Shown: positions 51,001 to 60,732 of the stretch, piece after piece
Layout: each line of letters begins with the position of its first letter
How positions within the stretch are numbered: the stretch's first letter is position 1
Assembly (NCBI GenBank): GCA_963730185.1
Contig: CAVSQW010000007.1
Location: 512,001-576,000 of the forward strand
Source of the DNA: an uncultured Gemmatimonadales bacterium
GTDB lineage: Bacteria; Gemmatimonadota; Gemmatimonadetes; Gemmatimonadales; GWC2-71-9
Length of the DNA stretch: 64,000 nucleotides
Direction: 5' to 3'
Made by a program: the position numbers and the translations under genes
The notes under the pieces: model-generated
The model's input: only the letters and a program-made list of their open reading frames with translations
Told to the model about the DNA's origin: nothing
The model's database searches: none

Positions 51001-51354
51001 CTCCTCACCGGTCCCGGCGTAGAGGACCATGCTGTCGCTCGGCGCGATGGCCAAGTCGCCGCCGGCGACGCAGCGCTGGTGCTGGAAGAGGGGGCGGAAG
51101 CTGATCCCGGCGTTGGTCGTCTTGAAGATGCCCCCCGCGGCGGTCATCACGTAGAAGGTGCGGGAGGGGCTGGGCAGGCCCTCGATGTCGGTGATCCGGC
51201 CGCTCATGTTGGCGGGGCCGATGGACCGCCACTGGAAGGCATTGAGGGTGAGCGAATCGAGGGGTTCGGGGGTCTGTGCCGCGGCTCGGGCACCGGCCAC
51301 GGTGGCCAGCGCGAGCAGGAGCGACGCTCCCCGACTCGGCAGTGCAATCGCCAT
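48082..51354 (-). CDS. Secreted VPS10/BNR-repeat beta-propeller protein (glycosyl hydrolase-like)
   Basis: WRSIGPANMSGRITD, many S.DGG.TW Asp-box repeats. Confidence 0.9.
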   Translation of the reverse strand: MAIALPSRGASLLLALATVAGARAAAQTPEPLDSLTLNAFQWRSIGPANMSGRITDIEGLPSPSRTFYVMTAAGGIFKTTNAGISFRPLFQHQRCVAGGDLAIAPSDSMVLYAGTGEEDSRNSISPGCGVFKSTDGGLTWKHVGLTETRHIGRIVVDPRDPNVAYVAALGHAWGANPERGVYKTTDGGATWQRIKFISDKAGFVDLAMDPSNPDLLFASAWERVRGPYFLQSGGPGSGLWKTTDAGKTWTEVKGGGFPETMKGRIGIAIAPSNPKVVYALVEADTMANPKPAKGAAQQTRPSGLYRSADGGATWTKMNANDTRPFYYSQVRVDIKNPDRVYWSSTPFNFSDDGGKTVRNGTVGIHVDDHAMWMDPGDENHFLVGNDGGVVQTWDQGGNFEFLNTIANGQFYAVSYDLAVPYRVCGGLQDNGSWCGPSRRKNGPITNAMWATFNGGDGFRTAQDPTDPDVLYGESQGGNVARYQWSTGERSSFPKPNWRERAQAWEDSVVVIRGDTTQPETSAMKKRLATIAQARAADSANWDTRWNWNTPFFLSSHNPGTLYLGANRVMKSVDRGASMYPISPDLSTRDSIKIRVSTETSGGITTDVTGAETYGTIVALAESPIRPGLLYAGTDDGNVWVSRNDGGGWESLTGRFPGVPTLTYVSNIEASSHDSATFYVTFDGHRTNDFTPYVYRTTDFGKTFQSIAGNLPTGGPDFVHVIREDLSNPKLLFVGTDVGVYVSSNGGGSWERFMNGLPTVPVRDLRIHPRERDLIAATHGRSIWIVDIGPLEQMTDSVLGLGNHLFQPQTAYQWGEPPVGGEEPGQKAFEAPSPAYGAEIVYRVTGAEAAAGGRGGQDNGQTGGREGAPPRGGRQGPGRGGPRAQIAILDVAGDTVQTLNGPGGPGVHRVTWNYRGKQPPAEPLGPAARRDSIQMAARRDVVFDSLTKAGTLPAPMAERIRTMLASGDTQGLFAMFGRGGGGGGGARPGGFNARPAESPLRGQRGGGAPGGAGQMDQGMMSQLFDLLRPPGRRGGFGAFFGRRRGGGGLAEPGDYLVSLTVGGKTYTQKLRVERTSGTGSAGGFFQEDDER

Positions 51355-51461
51355 GGGAACCTCGGTTGGGTGGAGAAAGCATGGCGACCGGGCCGCGAAA
51401 TGGCCGGCGCCATGCCTTGGGTACGCACGAGCGGTCCGGTCCGTTGAACCGGGCTCCGCGG

Positions 51462-53504
51462 TCAGAAGAGCCGGATCTGCACGCGAAGCAGGCGGCCGGG
51501 GCGGGGCAGCCCGCACTGGTCGTAGCGGGCGGCGTTGCCGAGGTTGTCGGCCGCCAGCCGGGCCTCGAGGGCCGACCAGAGTCCGGCCGATCGGAGCGCG
51601 AACACCCGGGACAGCTCCGCGTTCACGGTACCGCCGCCGTCGAGCCGGCGGTCGGCGCCGCTTTCCGGGTCGATGCAGAACTGGTTTCCGGTCACGATCA
51701 GGTCGCCACCGCCGACCAGGCCGAGGGCGAGGGGGACCCGGGCCCGGAGGCTCCCGAACACGGCCGGCAGGTTCTCGGGCCGGTTGCCGACGGCCGCGCC
51801 GGGATCGGCGAGCGTCACCGATTGGACGGTCAGGTCGCCGGCGACGGTGGCGGGGCCGATCGGGGCCGAGGCCAGCAGCTCGACGCCCCGGCTGGTGAGG
51901 CGGTTCCGGTTGACCCTCATGAACCGGCGGTCGGGAAGGCTGATCCGCACGACCGCGTCGTCGAGCCGGTGGTGGAAGGCCACCGCCTGGATCTCCGAGC
52001 GTCCGAAACGCCGGGTCACGCCGGCCTCGATCGCGACCAGCCGCTCGGGGCGGAGCTCGGGGTTGGGGACGAACCGATCGAGGGCGCCCGAGTAGAGCTC
52101 TCGAAGCGACGGGAATCGCCCCCGCCGGCTCACCCCGCCGTGGATCTCGGTCTCGCCCTGGTCGAGGCCCATCGTGAAGCCGACCCGGCCGCCCCAGGCG
52201 TGGATGGTGCCCAGGGGCTCGCGGCCGCCGGACTGGGGGGTCTGCCCGACGTCGTAGGCGGCCCCGGCCGTGAACCGGAGGGAGCTGACGGCCGCCCCGT
52301 TTTCGACGGCCCGCCAGGTGGACTCGAGCCCGGTGCTCCAGAGCCGCTGCCGATATCGTGCCTCGCCGCCGGGGAGGAGCTCGTCGTGACGGATGTCCGA
52401 GACCGTGAAGGCGCCCGACAGGTCGACCCGCCGGCCCAGCGTGTGGTCCGCGAGCAGGCGGCCGGTAAGGACCCGGTCCTTCCCGTCCTCGAAGCCGTCG
52501 AGCTCGGTGTAGGAACGGGAGGTATAGGCGTCGATGTCGGTCCGGCCCAGGTCGACCGCGACGCTGGTCTCGAGGTCGACGCGGCCGCCGAAGAGTCCGA
52601 GCCGCTCGCCGGAGCCCCCGGAGGCGATCAGCAGCGAGCGCCTGACGCTGGGGTAGCGCCAGAAGCGTGCGTCGGTCACCCCCAGCTCGGCGGCGATCCC
52701 GCGGCGGGCCTGGAAGGACGAGGCGGTGAGCGAGGCCCACTGGCCCTGGTTGCCGTGGAAACGCAGGGCGGCGAAGCCGTCGACCGAATGCACGTCGGTG
52801 TTGACCCGGAGATCGGTGGCCGGATCGGAGGGCTCCCGGACCCCGGCTGGGAGAGGCTGACCGGGCGAGGCGGTGTAGCCGACTCCGCCTCGGAGGAGCC
52901 AGCGACCGGCGCCACTCTCAAAGGGGAGGGTCACGTCGGTCGAGCCGCCGACGCCGCCGGTCGCATCGGCGCCGGTTGCCACCCGGAGCGACGAACGCCT
53001 CGGCTGGCGGAGCGAGCGCCCGACCGTGATCTCGACGATACCTCCCAGCACGTTGGGACCGTAGAGCATCGAGGACAGGCCCCGGGTGTACTCGACCTGG
53101 ACTGGGGCGCCGAGCGGGATGATCGACGCGTCGGCCCGGCCGTCCCAGGCGAGGGTGAGGGGGATCCCGTCGACCAGGATCGCCACCTGTCGCGACTCGG
53201 AGCCGCGGGCCGAGATCTCCGCTTCGCCGCGGGAGTTCCGCCGGACGTGGAGGAGGGGCAACTTGCGGAGCACCCGCTCGAGGGAGGGGGCAGGCGGGAG
53301 GTCCAGCGAGTCGAGGCGGAGCCGAAGGGCGGCCGCGCCGCCGACCGTGGTGACCGGCTCGGCGGCTCGGACCACGATCTCGGCCAGGCTGGCCTCGAGA
53401 GAGTCGCTCCGAGTCGAGTCGGGCACTTGGCTCCCGGCCGGGGCGGCGCCGGCGAGGAGCAGCGCCACCGGGCAGAGTGCGAGACGGAATCTGGGTCCGA
53501 GCAT
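51462..53504 (-). CDS. TonB-dependent receptor
   Basis: Plug ILVDGIPL, SMLYGPNVLGGIV, PSLRELY, NPELRPE, C-terminal PGR...F. Confidence 0.9.
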   Translation of the reverse strand: MLGPRFRLALCPVALLLAGAAPAGSQVPDSTRSDSLEASLAEIVVRAAEPVTTVGGAAALRLRLDSLDLPPAPSLERVLRKLPLLHVRRNSRGEAEISARGSESRQVAILVDGIPLTLAWDGRADASIIPLGAPVQVEYTRGLSSMLYGPNVLGGIVEITVGRSLRQPRRSSLRVATGADATGGVGGSTDVTLPFESGAGRWLLRGGVGYTASPGQPLPAGVREPSDPATDLRVNTDVHSVDGFAALRFHGNQGQWASLTASSFQARRGIAAELGVTDARFWRYPSVRRSLLIASGGSGERLGLFGGRVDLETSVAVDLGRTDIDAYTSRSYTELDGFEDGKDRVLTGRLLADHTLGRRVDLSGAFTVSDIRHDELLPGGEARYRQRLWSTGLESTWRAVENGAAVSSLRFTAGAAYDVGQTPQSGGREPLGTIHAWGGRVGFTMGLDQGETEIHGGVSRRGRFPSLRELYSGALDRFVPNPELRPERLVAIEAGVTRRFGRSEIQAVAFHHRLDDAVVRISLPDRRFMRVNRNRLTSRGVELLASAPIGPATVAGDLTVQSVTLADPGAAVGNRPENLPAVFGSLRARVPLALGLVGGGDLIVTGNQFCIDPESGADRRLDGGGTVNAELSRVFALRSAGLWSALEARLAADNLGNAARYDQCGLPRPGRLLRVQIRLF

Positions 53505-53607
53505 CGGCGGCGGTCCGGGAACAGGTTGACCGGGGTCCGGACGACTGGCCGCAAATATACGTCGGGCCAAGACTTGGCTGGCATGCGGCGGCTGGCCCCC
53601 TGTCACG

Positions 53608-53636
53608 TTGACGGGTAAATTCCGGCCGGGTATTAT
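53608..53636 (+). promoter_or_regulatory. Sigma70 promoter of tRNA-Leu
   Basis: TTGACG-N17-TATTAT. Confidence 0.75.
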
Positions 53637-53645
53637 GGGGCCCGC

Positions 53646-53727
53646 GCCCTGGTGGTGAAACTGGTAGACACGCTATCTTGAGGGGGTAGTGCCGAAAGGC
53701 GTCGCGGTTCGAATCCGCGCCAGGGCA
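53646..53727 (+). tRNA. tRNA-Leu(GAG)
   Basis: Acceptor GCCCTGG/CCAGGGC, loop TT GAG GG, long variable arm GCCGAAAGGC. Confidence 0.95.
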
Positions 53728-53955
53728 TCAAGCATTCGGGAGGACGGTAGCCCGCGAGCCAGGAGCTCGCGGGCTTTTCCGTTGCGGCTCGCGGTCTCCA
53801 CGGGTGATCTCGACCATCGAGCGGGTTGGGTGGCGAAGCCCGGAGCGTGGACCGGCCCTCCTGAAGTGTCCAAAAAGACGCCACGTCGCATTTTCGCGCT
53901 CGACACCGGAGGGCCCCGAGCCTTAGCTTCGACGCTCTGACCGGAGACGAGGTCG

Positions 53956-55800
53956 ATGAGGAACAGACCGAGTCGGGCTGGAGCCGTGGTCTTCACGGCC
54001 GCGACGTTCGGCCTCCTCTCAGGCTGGCTCGATGGTTTGATCCGGCTGGCCCGCACGCATGTCGTTCCCGAGAACGCGAGGCCGGGTGTCCTGCTCCTCT
54101 GGATGCCCGCGGTGGCGAACGGGATCTACTTGGTGGTGGCGGCGCTGCCGCTGGTGCTGCTCGCGGCGGTGAAGCCCCGCTGGGTCACGCCGTCGAGGCT
54201 GGTCTTCGCGTCCCTCTTTCCGGCGATCTGTCTCGGTCTCTGGCCGCTGAATCCCCCACTGGCGAAGTACGCGATCGGCCTGCTGGCGGCCGGCATCGCG
54301 GTGCAGGCGGCCCGGTTCGCAGATCGCGACCCGGGCCGCTTCGAACGGGGCCTGCGTCGGACCCTGCTTGCGGTCGGCGCGTACCTTCTCCTGACGGCGA
54401 CGTCGATCGGGGTGGTTCGCGACGTGGGCTCGTGGCTGGCGCTCCGGAGGGCGTCACCCGTCAGGGGGCGGAACGTGGTCCTCCTGGTGCTCGACACCGT
54501 GCGCGCCATGAGCCTGAGCCTCTACGGCTACGATCGGCCCACCACGCCGAACCTGACCCGGATCGCCCGTCGAGGCGCGCTGTTCGATCGCGCCTACTCC
54601 ACGGCTCCATGGACGCTCCCGTCGCACGCCTCGATGTTCACGGGACGTTGGGCGTGGGAGCTCGAGGCCGATTGGCGGACTCCGCTCAGCCACCGCTATT
54701 CGACGCTCGCCGAGGTGCTCGCCGCCCGAGGGTACGCCACCGCGGGCTTCGTCGCCAATCTGGCTTACACTCAGCGGGAGATGGGGCTCGGCCGAGGCTT
54801 CGGGCGTTACGACGCGTATCGGGTGAGCCTCGAGCAGGTTCTCAAGAGCTCGCGCGCCGGGCGCGAGCTGGCCCGACGCCTTCAGCCGCTCCTCGGCTGG
54901 CTGGGGCCGTCGAGTCCCGGGTTCGATCGGAAGACGGCGGACGACATCAACCGTGCCGTGCTGGGTTGGGTTGATCGCCATGGTGATCGTCCGTTCTTCG
55001 TCTTCGCGAACTATTTCGACGCGCATCAGGACTACTACGTACCCTCGGGCTATGACTCGTTGTTCCGGCGGGGCGCCGGTCGGAAGGCGGCGGGCGCTCG
55101 TGCCGATTCGATCCCGATCGCCGTCCGGAGCCGGCTGCGCTACGAGCAGGCGATCCGATACCTCGACGAGGCGGTGGGACGCCTGGTCGATTCACTGGGT
55201 CGGCGCGGGGTGTTGAACAACACCGTGCTGGTGATCACCGCCGACCACGGCGAGGAGATCATGGAGCACGGTTGGCTCGGTCACGGTGGGAGCGTGTATC
55301 TCCCGGCGCTCTGGGTGCCCCTGATCGTGATCGAGCCCGGGGTGGTACCGGCGGGCCGCGTCGTGCCGGACGCCGTCAGCCCCCGGGACCTCGCGGCTAC
55401 CATCCTCGACCTGCTCGGCGCCGATCCGGCGTTGCCCGGCCGCTCGCTGGCCAGATACTGGAAGGGGCCCGCGCCAGGTGGGGTGGACACGCTGTTCGCC
55501 GAGGTCCGGGCCAGCATCAACATGGGCCAGATCGACTCGGCTCCCGGTCGACGAGGCGACGTTCACTCCGTCATCGTCGGCGACCGCCATCTGATCGTGC
55601 GTCCCGACGGCCGGCTCGAGCTGTTCGACATCCGCGCCGACCCGGGGGAGCAGGAGAATCTGCTGGCCAGCGCGGGTGATAGCGCGCTCGCCGGGACGCT
55701 GCTGTCGGCGCTCGAGGCGAGCCACGCCCGACCCGTCCCGGCCGGTTGGGTGGCGGCCGATCGGTCCAGGGGGGGCGTTGCCCGCAAGACGGGTAGCTAA
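53956..55800 (+). CDS. Membrane-anchored sulfatase-like (alkaline phosphatase superfamily) protein
   Basis: N-terminal TMs; LLVLDTVRA, APWTLPSHASMFTG, ITADHGE. Confidence 0.88.
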   Translation: MRNRPSRAGAVVFTAATFGLLSGWLDGLIRLARTHVVPENARPGVLLLWMPAVANGIYLVVAALPLVLLAAVKPRWVTPSRLVFASLFPAICLGLWPLNPPLAKYAIGLLAAGIAVQAARFADRDPGRFERGLRRTLLAVGAYLLLTATSIGVVRDVGSWLALRRASPVRGRNVVLLVLDTVRAMSLSLYGYDRPTTPNLTRIARRGALFDRAYSTAPWTLPSHASMFTGRWAWELEADWRTPLSHRYSTLAEVLAARGYATAGFVANLAYTQREMGLGRGFGRYDAYRVSLEQVLKSSRAGRELARRLQPLLGWLGPSSPGFDRKTADDINRAVLGWVDRHGDRPFFVFANYFDAHQDYYVPSGYDSLFRRGAGRKAAGARADSIPIAVRSRLRYEQAIRYLDEAVGRLVDSLGRRGVLNNTVLVITADHGEEIMEHGWLGHGGSVYLPALWVPLIVIEPGVVPAGRVVPDAVSPRDLAATILDLLGADPALPGRSLARYWKGPAPGGVDTLFAEVRASINMGQIDSAPGRRGDVHSVIVGDRHLIVRPDGRLELFDIRADPGEQENLLASAGDSALAGTLLSALEASHARPVPAGWVAADRSRGGVARKTGS

Positions 55801-55833
55801 GTGGAAGTGCCGTATGTACTTTGTAGGTCCTCC

Positions 55834-55905
55834 GCCAGCGTAGCTCAGCGGTAGAGCACTCGATTCGTAATCGAGCGGTCGTGGGTTCAATTCCCACCGC
55901 TGGCT
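55834..55905 (+). tRNA. tRNA-Thr(CGT)
   Basis: Anticodon arm CTCGA-TT CGT AA-TCGAG; acceptor GCCAGCG/CGCTGGC. Confidence 0.95.
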
Positions 55906-55914
55906 CTCCCAACG

Positions 55915-55950
55915 ACCCCGGGCCGCCCCATCGCACGGCCCGGGGTTTTT
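55915..55950 (+). terminator. Intrinsic terminator
   Basis: ACCCCGGGCCG/CGGCCCGGGGT stem followed by a T-run. Confidence 0.8.
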
Positions 55951-55956
55951 GCGTCC

Positions 55957-56430
55957 CTACTGCTTGTCGTAGACCATCTTGCGGGTCCGCTCGCCCTGCG
56001 GGGTGGTCGACTTGGTCGCGACGGTCATGGTCTTGCCATCGTCGCTCAGGGACCGCTCTTCCCGGGTCTTGACCGTCATCTCGCCGTTCGGGGTGTTGAA
56101 GGTGTTCTCGCCCTCGGTGACGAGGGTCTTCCCCTCCCAGTGCGACTTGGTCACCATCTCGTTGCCGCGCATGCCCGGGTTCCGGCTCTCGGAGCCGTCC
56201 AGGTTGTAGGTGGTGGTCCGGCTCCGCTCACCCATCGACATGACCATGGTGAGCTTGCCGCCGCCCTGGGTGATCTTGAGCTCACCCATGCCCATCATCC
56301 CGCCGCCCCGGCCCTGGGGTGCGTCGCTCTTGTCGGTGTCGACCTTCCAGGTGCCCGAGAAGTCGGGGTTTTGAGCCATCAAGGGGGTGGCCAGCAGGGT
56401 CAGTCCAGCGAGAACGGCCAGGGCACGCAT
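55957..56430 (-). CDS. Secreted lipocalin-like beta-barrel protein
   Basis: Signal peptide, PDFSGTWK, LSDDGKTMTV, VYDK. Confidence 0.75.
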   Translation of the reverse strand: MRALAVLAGLTLLATPLMAQNPDFSGTWKVDTDKSDAPQGRGGGMMGMGELKITQGGGKLTMVMSMGERSRTTTYNLDGSESRNPGMRGNEMVTKSHWEGKTLVTEGENTFNTPNGEMTVKTREERSLSDDGKTMTVATKSTTPQGERTRKMVYDKQ

Positions 56431-56598
56431 CGGAGTGTCTCCGGTAGTGGGGTCCAACAACGGAACATCAACGGTACGCGGAGCCTGGCGCCGGCGTTGA
56501 GTCGGCCGGCGGAGGCGCCTTGCCGGTCCCCAATGAGGGCCGCAGATTTCGCCGGAGAGGGAGGCAGACCGGCCCACCAGGCCACCGATGGGGCATCG

Positions 56599-57471
56599 AT
56601 GCGATCAGGATTCGTCAGCCGGTGTGGTACCGGCGCCGGCAGGGCACTCGCGCTGGCCGGTTTGGCCTTGGCCACCGGGGCCGCGGGGCCCGCCGACCCT
56701 CTGGCCGACTGCCTGGGCCGGAAGCCGGCCGAGACCTGGAAGCTCCCGCCTCTGTTCAGGGAAGTGTCGGGCCTGGCGCTCGCCGCCGACGGCCGGCTTT
56801 TCCTCCACAACGACGAGCAAGGGATCGTGGCGGCCGTCGATTACCGCAGCGGCAGGGTGTTGGGCACCTATCTCCTCGGCCCGGGCACGCCTCGGGGCGA
56901 TTTCGAGGGGATCGCGATCGCGGGGAGCCGCCTCTTTCTCACCACCAGCGACGGCCAGCTGTTCGAGACCGTGGTGCCCGACCCGACCGCGGCCGATCGG
57001 ACGACGCTGGCCTTTCGGGTCACGGACACGGGGCTCGGGCGTCAATGCGAGATCGAGGGGCTCGCGTTCGAGCCAGACGGCAACCTGCTGCTCGTGGCGT
57101 GCAAGCGCCCGCGCCGCAAGTCGCTCCGGGGGCGGCTGACGATCTTCCGGTGGTCGTTGGACCGGGGCGCCCTCGCGATTCCCGACCGGGTCACGGTGCC
57201 GCACGAGGCGCTGGCGGCGAACCGCCCCAGCTCCGGCTTTCACGCCTCGGCGCTGGAGCGCGATCCCGAGACCGGACACTACCTGGTGCTGGCTGGTCCG
57301 CAGCGGGCGTTCGCGGAGCTCGACCCGACCGGCCGGGTGCTGGCGACGGGTCGGTTGGGCGGTCACCATCGTCAGGCCGAAGGGTTGGCGATCGTCGGGG
57401 ACGGCACCCTGATCGTGAGCGACGAGGGTGGCCATCATGCCGGCACGCTGGCGGTGTACGCCTGCCGGTAG
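56599..57471 (+). CDS. SdiA-regulated-like beta-propeller secreted protein
   Basis: EVSGLA, HNDE, DFEGIA, IEGLA, QAEGLA..VSDEG. Confidence 0.78.
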   Translation: MRSGFVSRCGTGAGRALALAGLALATGAAGPADPLADCLGRKPAETWKLPPLFREVSGLALAADGRLFLHNDEQGIVAAVDYRSGRVLGTYLLGPGTPRGDFEGIAIAGSRLFLTTSDGQLFETVVPDPTAADRTTLAFRVTDTGLGRQCEIEGLAFEPDGNLLLVACKRPRRKSLRGRLTIFRWSLDRGALAIPDRVTVPHEALAANRPSSGFHASALERDPETGHYLVLAGPQRAFAELDPTGRVLATGRLGGHHRQAEGLAIVGDGTLIVSDEGGHHAGTLAVYACR

Positions 57472-57744
57472 GGAGCGGCCCTATTCGCTGGGGCTCCTTG
57501 GCGCCTCCCGGGCCCAACAGGGCAACGCGGAGCGGTCGAGGCCGAGGTATCTTCTTCCCTCCCGGTTCGTGGCACGCGCATCCGTCGTTCTGCAGCTCGG
57601 TTTCCGCTGGTCAGCGTAACGTTTCGAAGTGAAACTGAGGGAGTTGCCGTTCCGTAAGAGGCCGCTATTCGAAGGTCATGGGTCGGGAACGTCTCTTCGG
57701 CCGACCCGCGGGTTCCAGAACCCATTTCGAGGAGGAGCACGGTG

Positions 57745-58596
57745 ATGCTGTCCAAGCATGGCTTGCGGTGGGAGGTCGTGTTGCTGGTATTGACCGCGGC
57801 GTGTGCCGGGAAGCCGGCGCCCGACGCGGCGAAGAGCGAGGCCGCACCGGCGGCGGCGACGCCGCCGGTGGTGACGATCGTGGCGCACGACTACGCGTAT
57901 CAGGCGCCCGACACGTTCCCGGCTGGGGTGGTGCGGCTTCGGCTCGACGAGCAGGGGAAGGAGCTGCACCACCTGACCGTCGCCCGGCTCGACAGCGGGA
58001 AGACGGTGGCGGACATCCCGGCTGCGCTGGCGAGCGGGAGGTTGCCGGGCTGGATGGTGATGCTCGGCGGGCCGAACGCGGTGGTGCCGGGCGGGTCGTC
58101 GGAGGCCGACGTCATGCTCACGCCGGGGAACTACATCCTGATCTGCCTGATCCCGTCGGTGGACGGGCTGCCCCACGCGGCGAAGGGGATGATCAAGCCC
58201 TTCACGGTGGCGGGGCCGGTGGCGGTCGCGTCACTGCCCGAGGCCGACATCACGGTCCGGCTGACCGACTACGACTTCATGCTTTCCCGGCCGCTTTCAG
58301 CGGGCCATCACGTCATTCGGGTGGAGACGGACGCGAGCCAGCCGCACGAGCTTCTGTTGGCCCGGGTCAACCAGGGGAAGACGGCGCTGGAGCTGGCTCA
58401 GTGGGCCGAGAAGCCGGTGGGCCCACCGCCCGGATTGCCGGTCGGAGGCGTCACCGCGATCGGGCCTGGTGGAAGCGATGTCTTCGAGGTGAACCTGGAG
58501 CCGGGGGACTATGCCCTGATCTGCTTCATGCCGGACGCGAAGGACGGCAAGCCGCACTACGTTCACGGCATGATCAAGCAGGTGAAGGTGAGTTAG
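57745..58596 (+). CDS. Lipoprotein with two tandem cupredoxin-like domains
   Basis: LTAAC lipobox; twice H...Y.LIC.(I/M)P..DG.PH...GM. Confidence 0.78.
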   Translation: MLSKHGLRWEVVLLVLTAACAGKPAPDAAKSEAAPAAATPPVVTIVAHDYAYQAPDTFPAGVVRLRLDEQGKELHHLTVARLDSGKTVADIPAALASGRLPGWMVMLGGPNAVVPGGSSEADVMLTPGNYILICLIPSVDGLPHAAKGMIKPFTVAGPVAVASLPEADITVRLTDYDFMLSRPLSAGHHVIRVETDASQPHELLLARVNQGKTALELAQWAEKPVGPPPGLPVGGVTAIGPGGSDVFEVNLEPGDYALICFMPDAKDGKPHYVHGMIKQVKVS

Positions 58597-60052
58597 TCGG
58601 GGCGGGCACCCGAAGCTCGAACTCCGTTCCGGTGGAGTCGGAGCGCACCAGGTCGAGGCTGCCCTGGTGCACTCCGGCCACCCACCGGGCGACCGCCAAC
58701 CCCAGCCCGGCGCCGCTCCCGTTGTCCGAGTCTCCGGCGGCCCGGGCGCTGGCCCCTCGGTAGAAGCGATCGAAGATCCGGGCCTGTTCCTCGGGCGGGA
58801 TGCCCGGCCCGTCGTCCCGGACGAGGACCCGGTAGTGGCCGTCGTCCCGTTTGGCGTCCACCCACACGTGCCCTCCCCGTCGGCCGTACTTCACCGCGTT
58901 GTCGAGGAGGTTCTGCAGGGCCCGGCGGATCAACGACTCGTCGCCCTCGAGCGGGAGCGGGTCGGGGGCGTCGCAGACGACGGCGATCTCCCGCGCCGCG
59001 GCGATGGTCTCCTCGCTACGGGCCGCGTCGCGGGCGACGGCGGCAAGTTCGATCGGCGCGATGGTCAGGGGGTAGGCGTTGGCGTCGGCCCGGCCGAGGA
59101 GGAAGAGGTCGTCGACGATCCGGGTCATCCGCCGGCTTTCGTCGCGGATCACGTCGAGTGCCTCGCGATACTGATCTTCGGGCCGGGAGGCGCGGGAGAG
59201 GGCGAGATCGGCTTCGCCCCGGACCACGGCGACCGGGGTGCGGAGCTCGTGGGCGGCTTCGGTCATGAACCGGCGCTGCTGGTCGAAGGCCGCCTCGATC
59301 CGGCCGAGGAGCCGGTTCACGACGGTGGCCAGGTGGCCGAGCTCGTCGCCGGGGTTGGCGACCGAGAGCCGCTCGTGGAGGGTCGACGCTTCGATCGCGT
59401 CGGCCTGATCGGCCATCGCGCCGACGGGATCGAGCGCCCGGCCCGCGAGGAAGACCCCGCCCCCGAACGCCACCAGCAAGCCGATCGGCGCCATCAGGAG
59501 GAAGGCTCGGCCCAGGTCGTCGATGAGCTGCCGGCGGCTGGCCAGGTCCTGAATCACGGCCACGACTTCGCGGCGGCCCGGAAGGGTGACGTCGACGGCG
59601 TAGGCCCGTTCCAGGCCGCTGGCGCCGTCGAGCGTGGCAAAGGCCTCGCCGCCGGCGCCGGCCTCGCGGAAGAGCGGCGCGAGGTCGGGACGGGGCAGCA
59701 GGCCCTGGGTGGTAGGCGGGGAGGCCCGGGCCCGGCGGGGACGGCGCACCCGGGTCGTGCGGGAGTTGGACGCCACCTCGCGCTGGGCCTCGTCGAAGAT
59801 CACCAGCTCGAACTCGTCGGCGCGGAACTCCTGGACCACCTCGGCCGCGCTGACCTTCCGGTTCGGGGCCGAGCTCTGGGCGGAATGCCAGGCGGCGACG
59901 AAGGCCTGGGCCACCTCCCGGAGGGAGTCGTCGATCCGACGGCTGATGGCCCGGTCGATGTAGACCCAGGTGAACCCGCCGAAGCCGGCCAGGCACACCC
60001 CAAGCACGACGGTGTACCAGAGAGCCAGCCGGAACCGGATGGCGCGGAACAT
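58574..60052 (-). CDS. HAMP sensor histidine kinase (CusS/BaeS-like)
   Basis: RLALWY, DELGHLA, AAHELRTP, NLLDNAVKY, IFDRFYR, GLGLA. Confidence 0.93.
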   Translation of the reverse strand: MFRAIRFRLALWYTVVLGVCLAGFGGFTWVYIDRAISRRIDDSLREVAQAFVAAWHSAQSSAPNRKVSAAEVVQEFRADEFELVIFDEAQREVASNSRTTRVRRPRRARASPPTTQGLLPRPDLAPLFREAGAGGEAFATLDGASGLERAYAVDVTLPGRREVVAVIQDLASRRQLIDDLGRAFLLMAPIGLLVAFGGGVFLAGRALDPVGAMADQADAIEASTLHERLSVANPGDELGHLATVVNRLLGRIEAAFDQQRRFMTEAAHELRTPVAVVRGEADLALSRASRPEDQYREALDVIRDESRRMTRIVDDLFLLGRADANAYPLTIAPIELAAVARDAARSEETIAAAREIAVVCDAPDPLPLEGDESLIRRALQNLLDNAVKYGRRGGHVWVDAKRDDGHYRVLVRDDGPGIPPEEQARIFDRFYRGASARAAGDSDNGSGAGLGLAVARWVAGVHQGSLDLVRSDSTGTEFELRVPAPTNSPSPA

Positions 60053-60732
60053 CAGGCGTCGGACGGCGAGCCCAGCATGTAGCCGGCGCCGCGCCGGGTG
60101 TGGATCAGGGGGGCGCGGTCGTCGGTGTCGATCTTCCGGCGGAGCCGGTTGATGTACACCTCGATCGTGTTCGACGCCGGGTCGTGGTTGTCGTCCCACA
60201 CGTGGGCCGTGATCTCGGCCCGTCCCACGACCTGCCCCGGGTGCCGAGCCAGGAACTCGAGCAGGGCGTACTCCTTGGCGGTGAGCTCGATCGGCTGGTC
60301 GGCACGGGCGGCCTGCTGGCTGCCAGTATCGATGACCAGGTCGTCGATCACGATCTGATCGGGTTGGACCACGGGTGAGCGGCGGAGCAGGGCGCGAAGC
60401 CGGGCCAGGAGCTCGGAGAAATCGAACGGCTTGGTGAGGTAGTCGTCGGCGCCGGCGTCGAGCCCGGCGACCCGATCGGGCACGGCGTCCCGCGCGGTCA
60501 GGATCAGGATCGGAACCTGGGACCTCTTTTGCCGGAGCGTCCGGCACACCTCGAGCCCGCTCTTTCTGGGGAGGCCGAGGTCGAGCACGACGGCGTCGTA
60601 CTGGTTGATCGCCGCGAACTGCAGTGCGGCTTCCCCATCGCCCACCTCGTCGACGGCGTAGGCGTTTTCCCGAAGGCCCTTGGCCAGGAGATGGGCCAGC
60701 TTGGCGTCGTCTTCGACCACGAGAACTCGCAT
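60052..60732 (-). CDS. OmpR-family response regulator (CusR/QseB-like)
   Basis: MRVLVVEDD, GADDYLTKPF, LTAKEYALL, IEVYINRLRRK, TRRGAGY. Confidence 0.95.
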   Translation of the reverse strand: MRVLVVEDDAKLAHLLAKGLRENAYAVDEVGDGEAALQFAAINQYDAVVLDLGLPRKSGLEVCRTLRQKRSQVPILILTARDAVPDRVAGLDAGADDYLTKPFDFSELLARLRALLRRSPVVQPDQIVIDDLVIDTGSQQAARADQPIELTAKEYALLEFLARHPGQVVGRAEITAHVWDDNHDPASNTIEVYINRLRRKIDTDDRAPLIHTRRGAGYMLGSPSDA

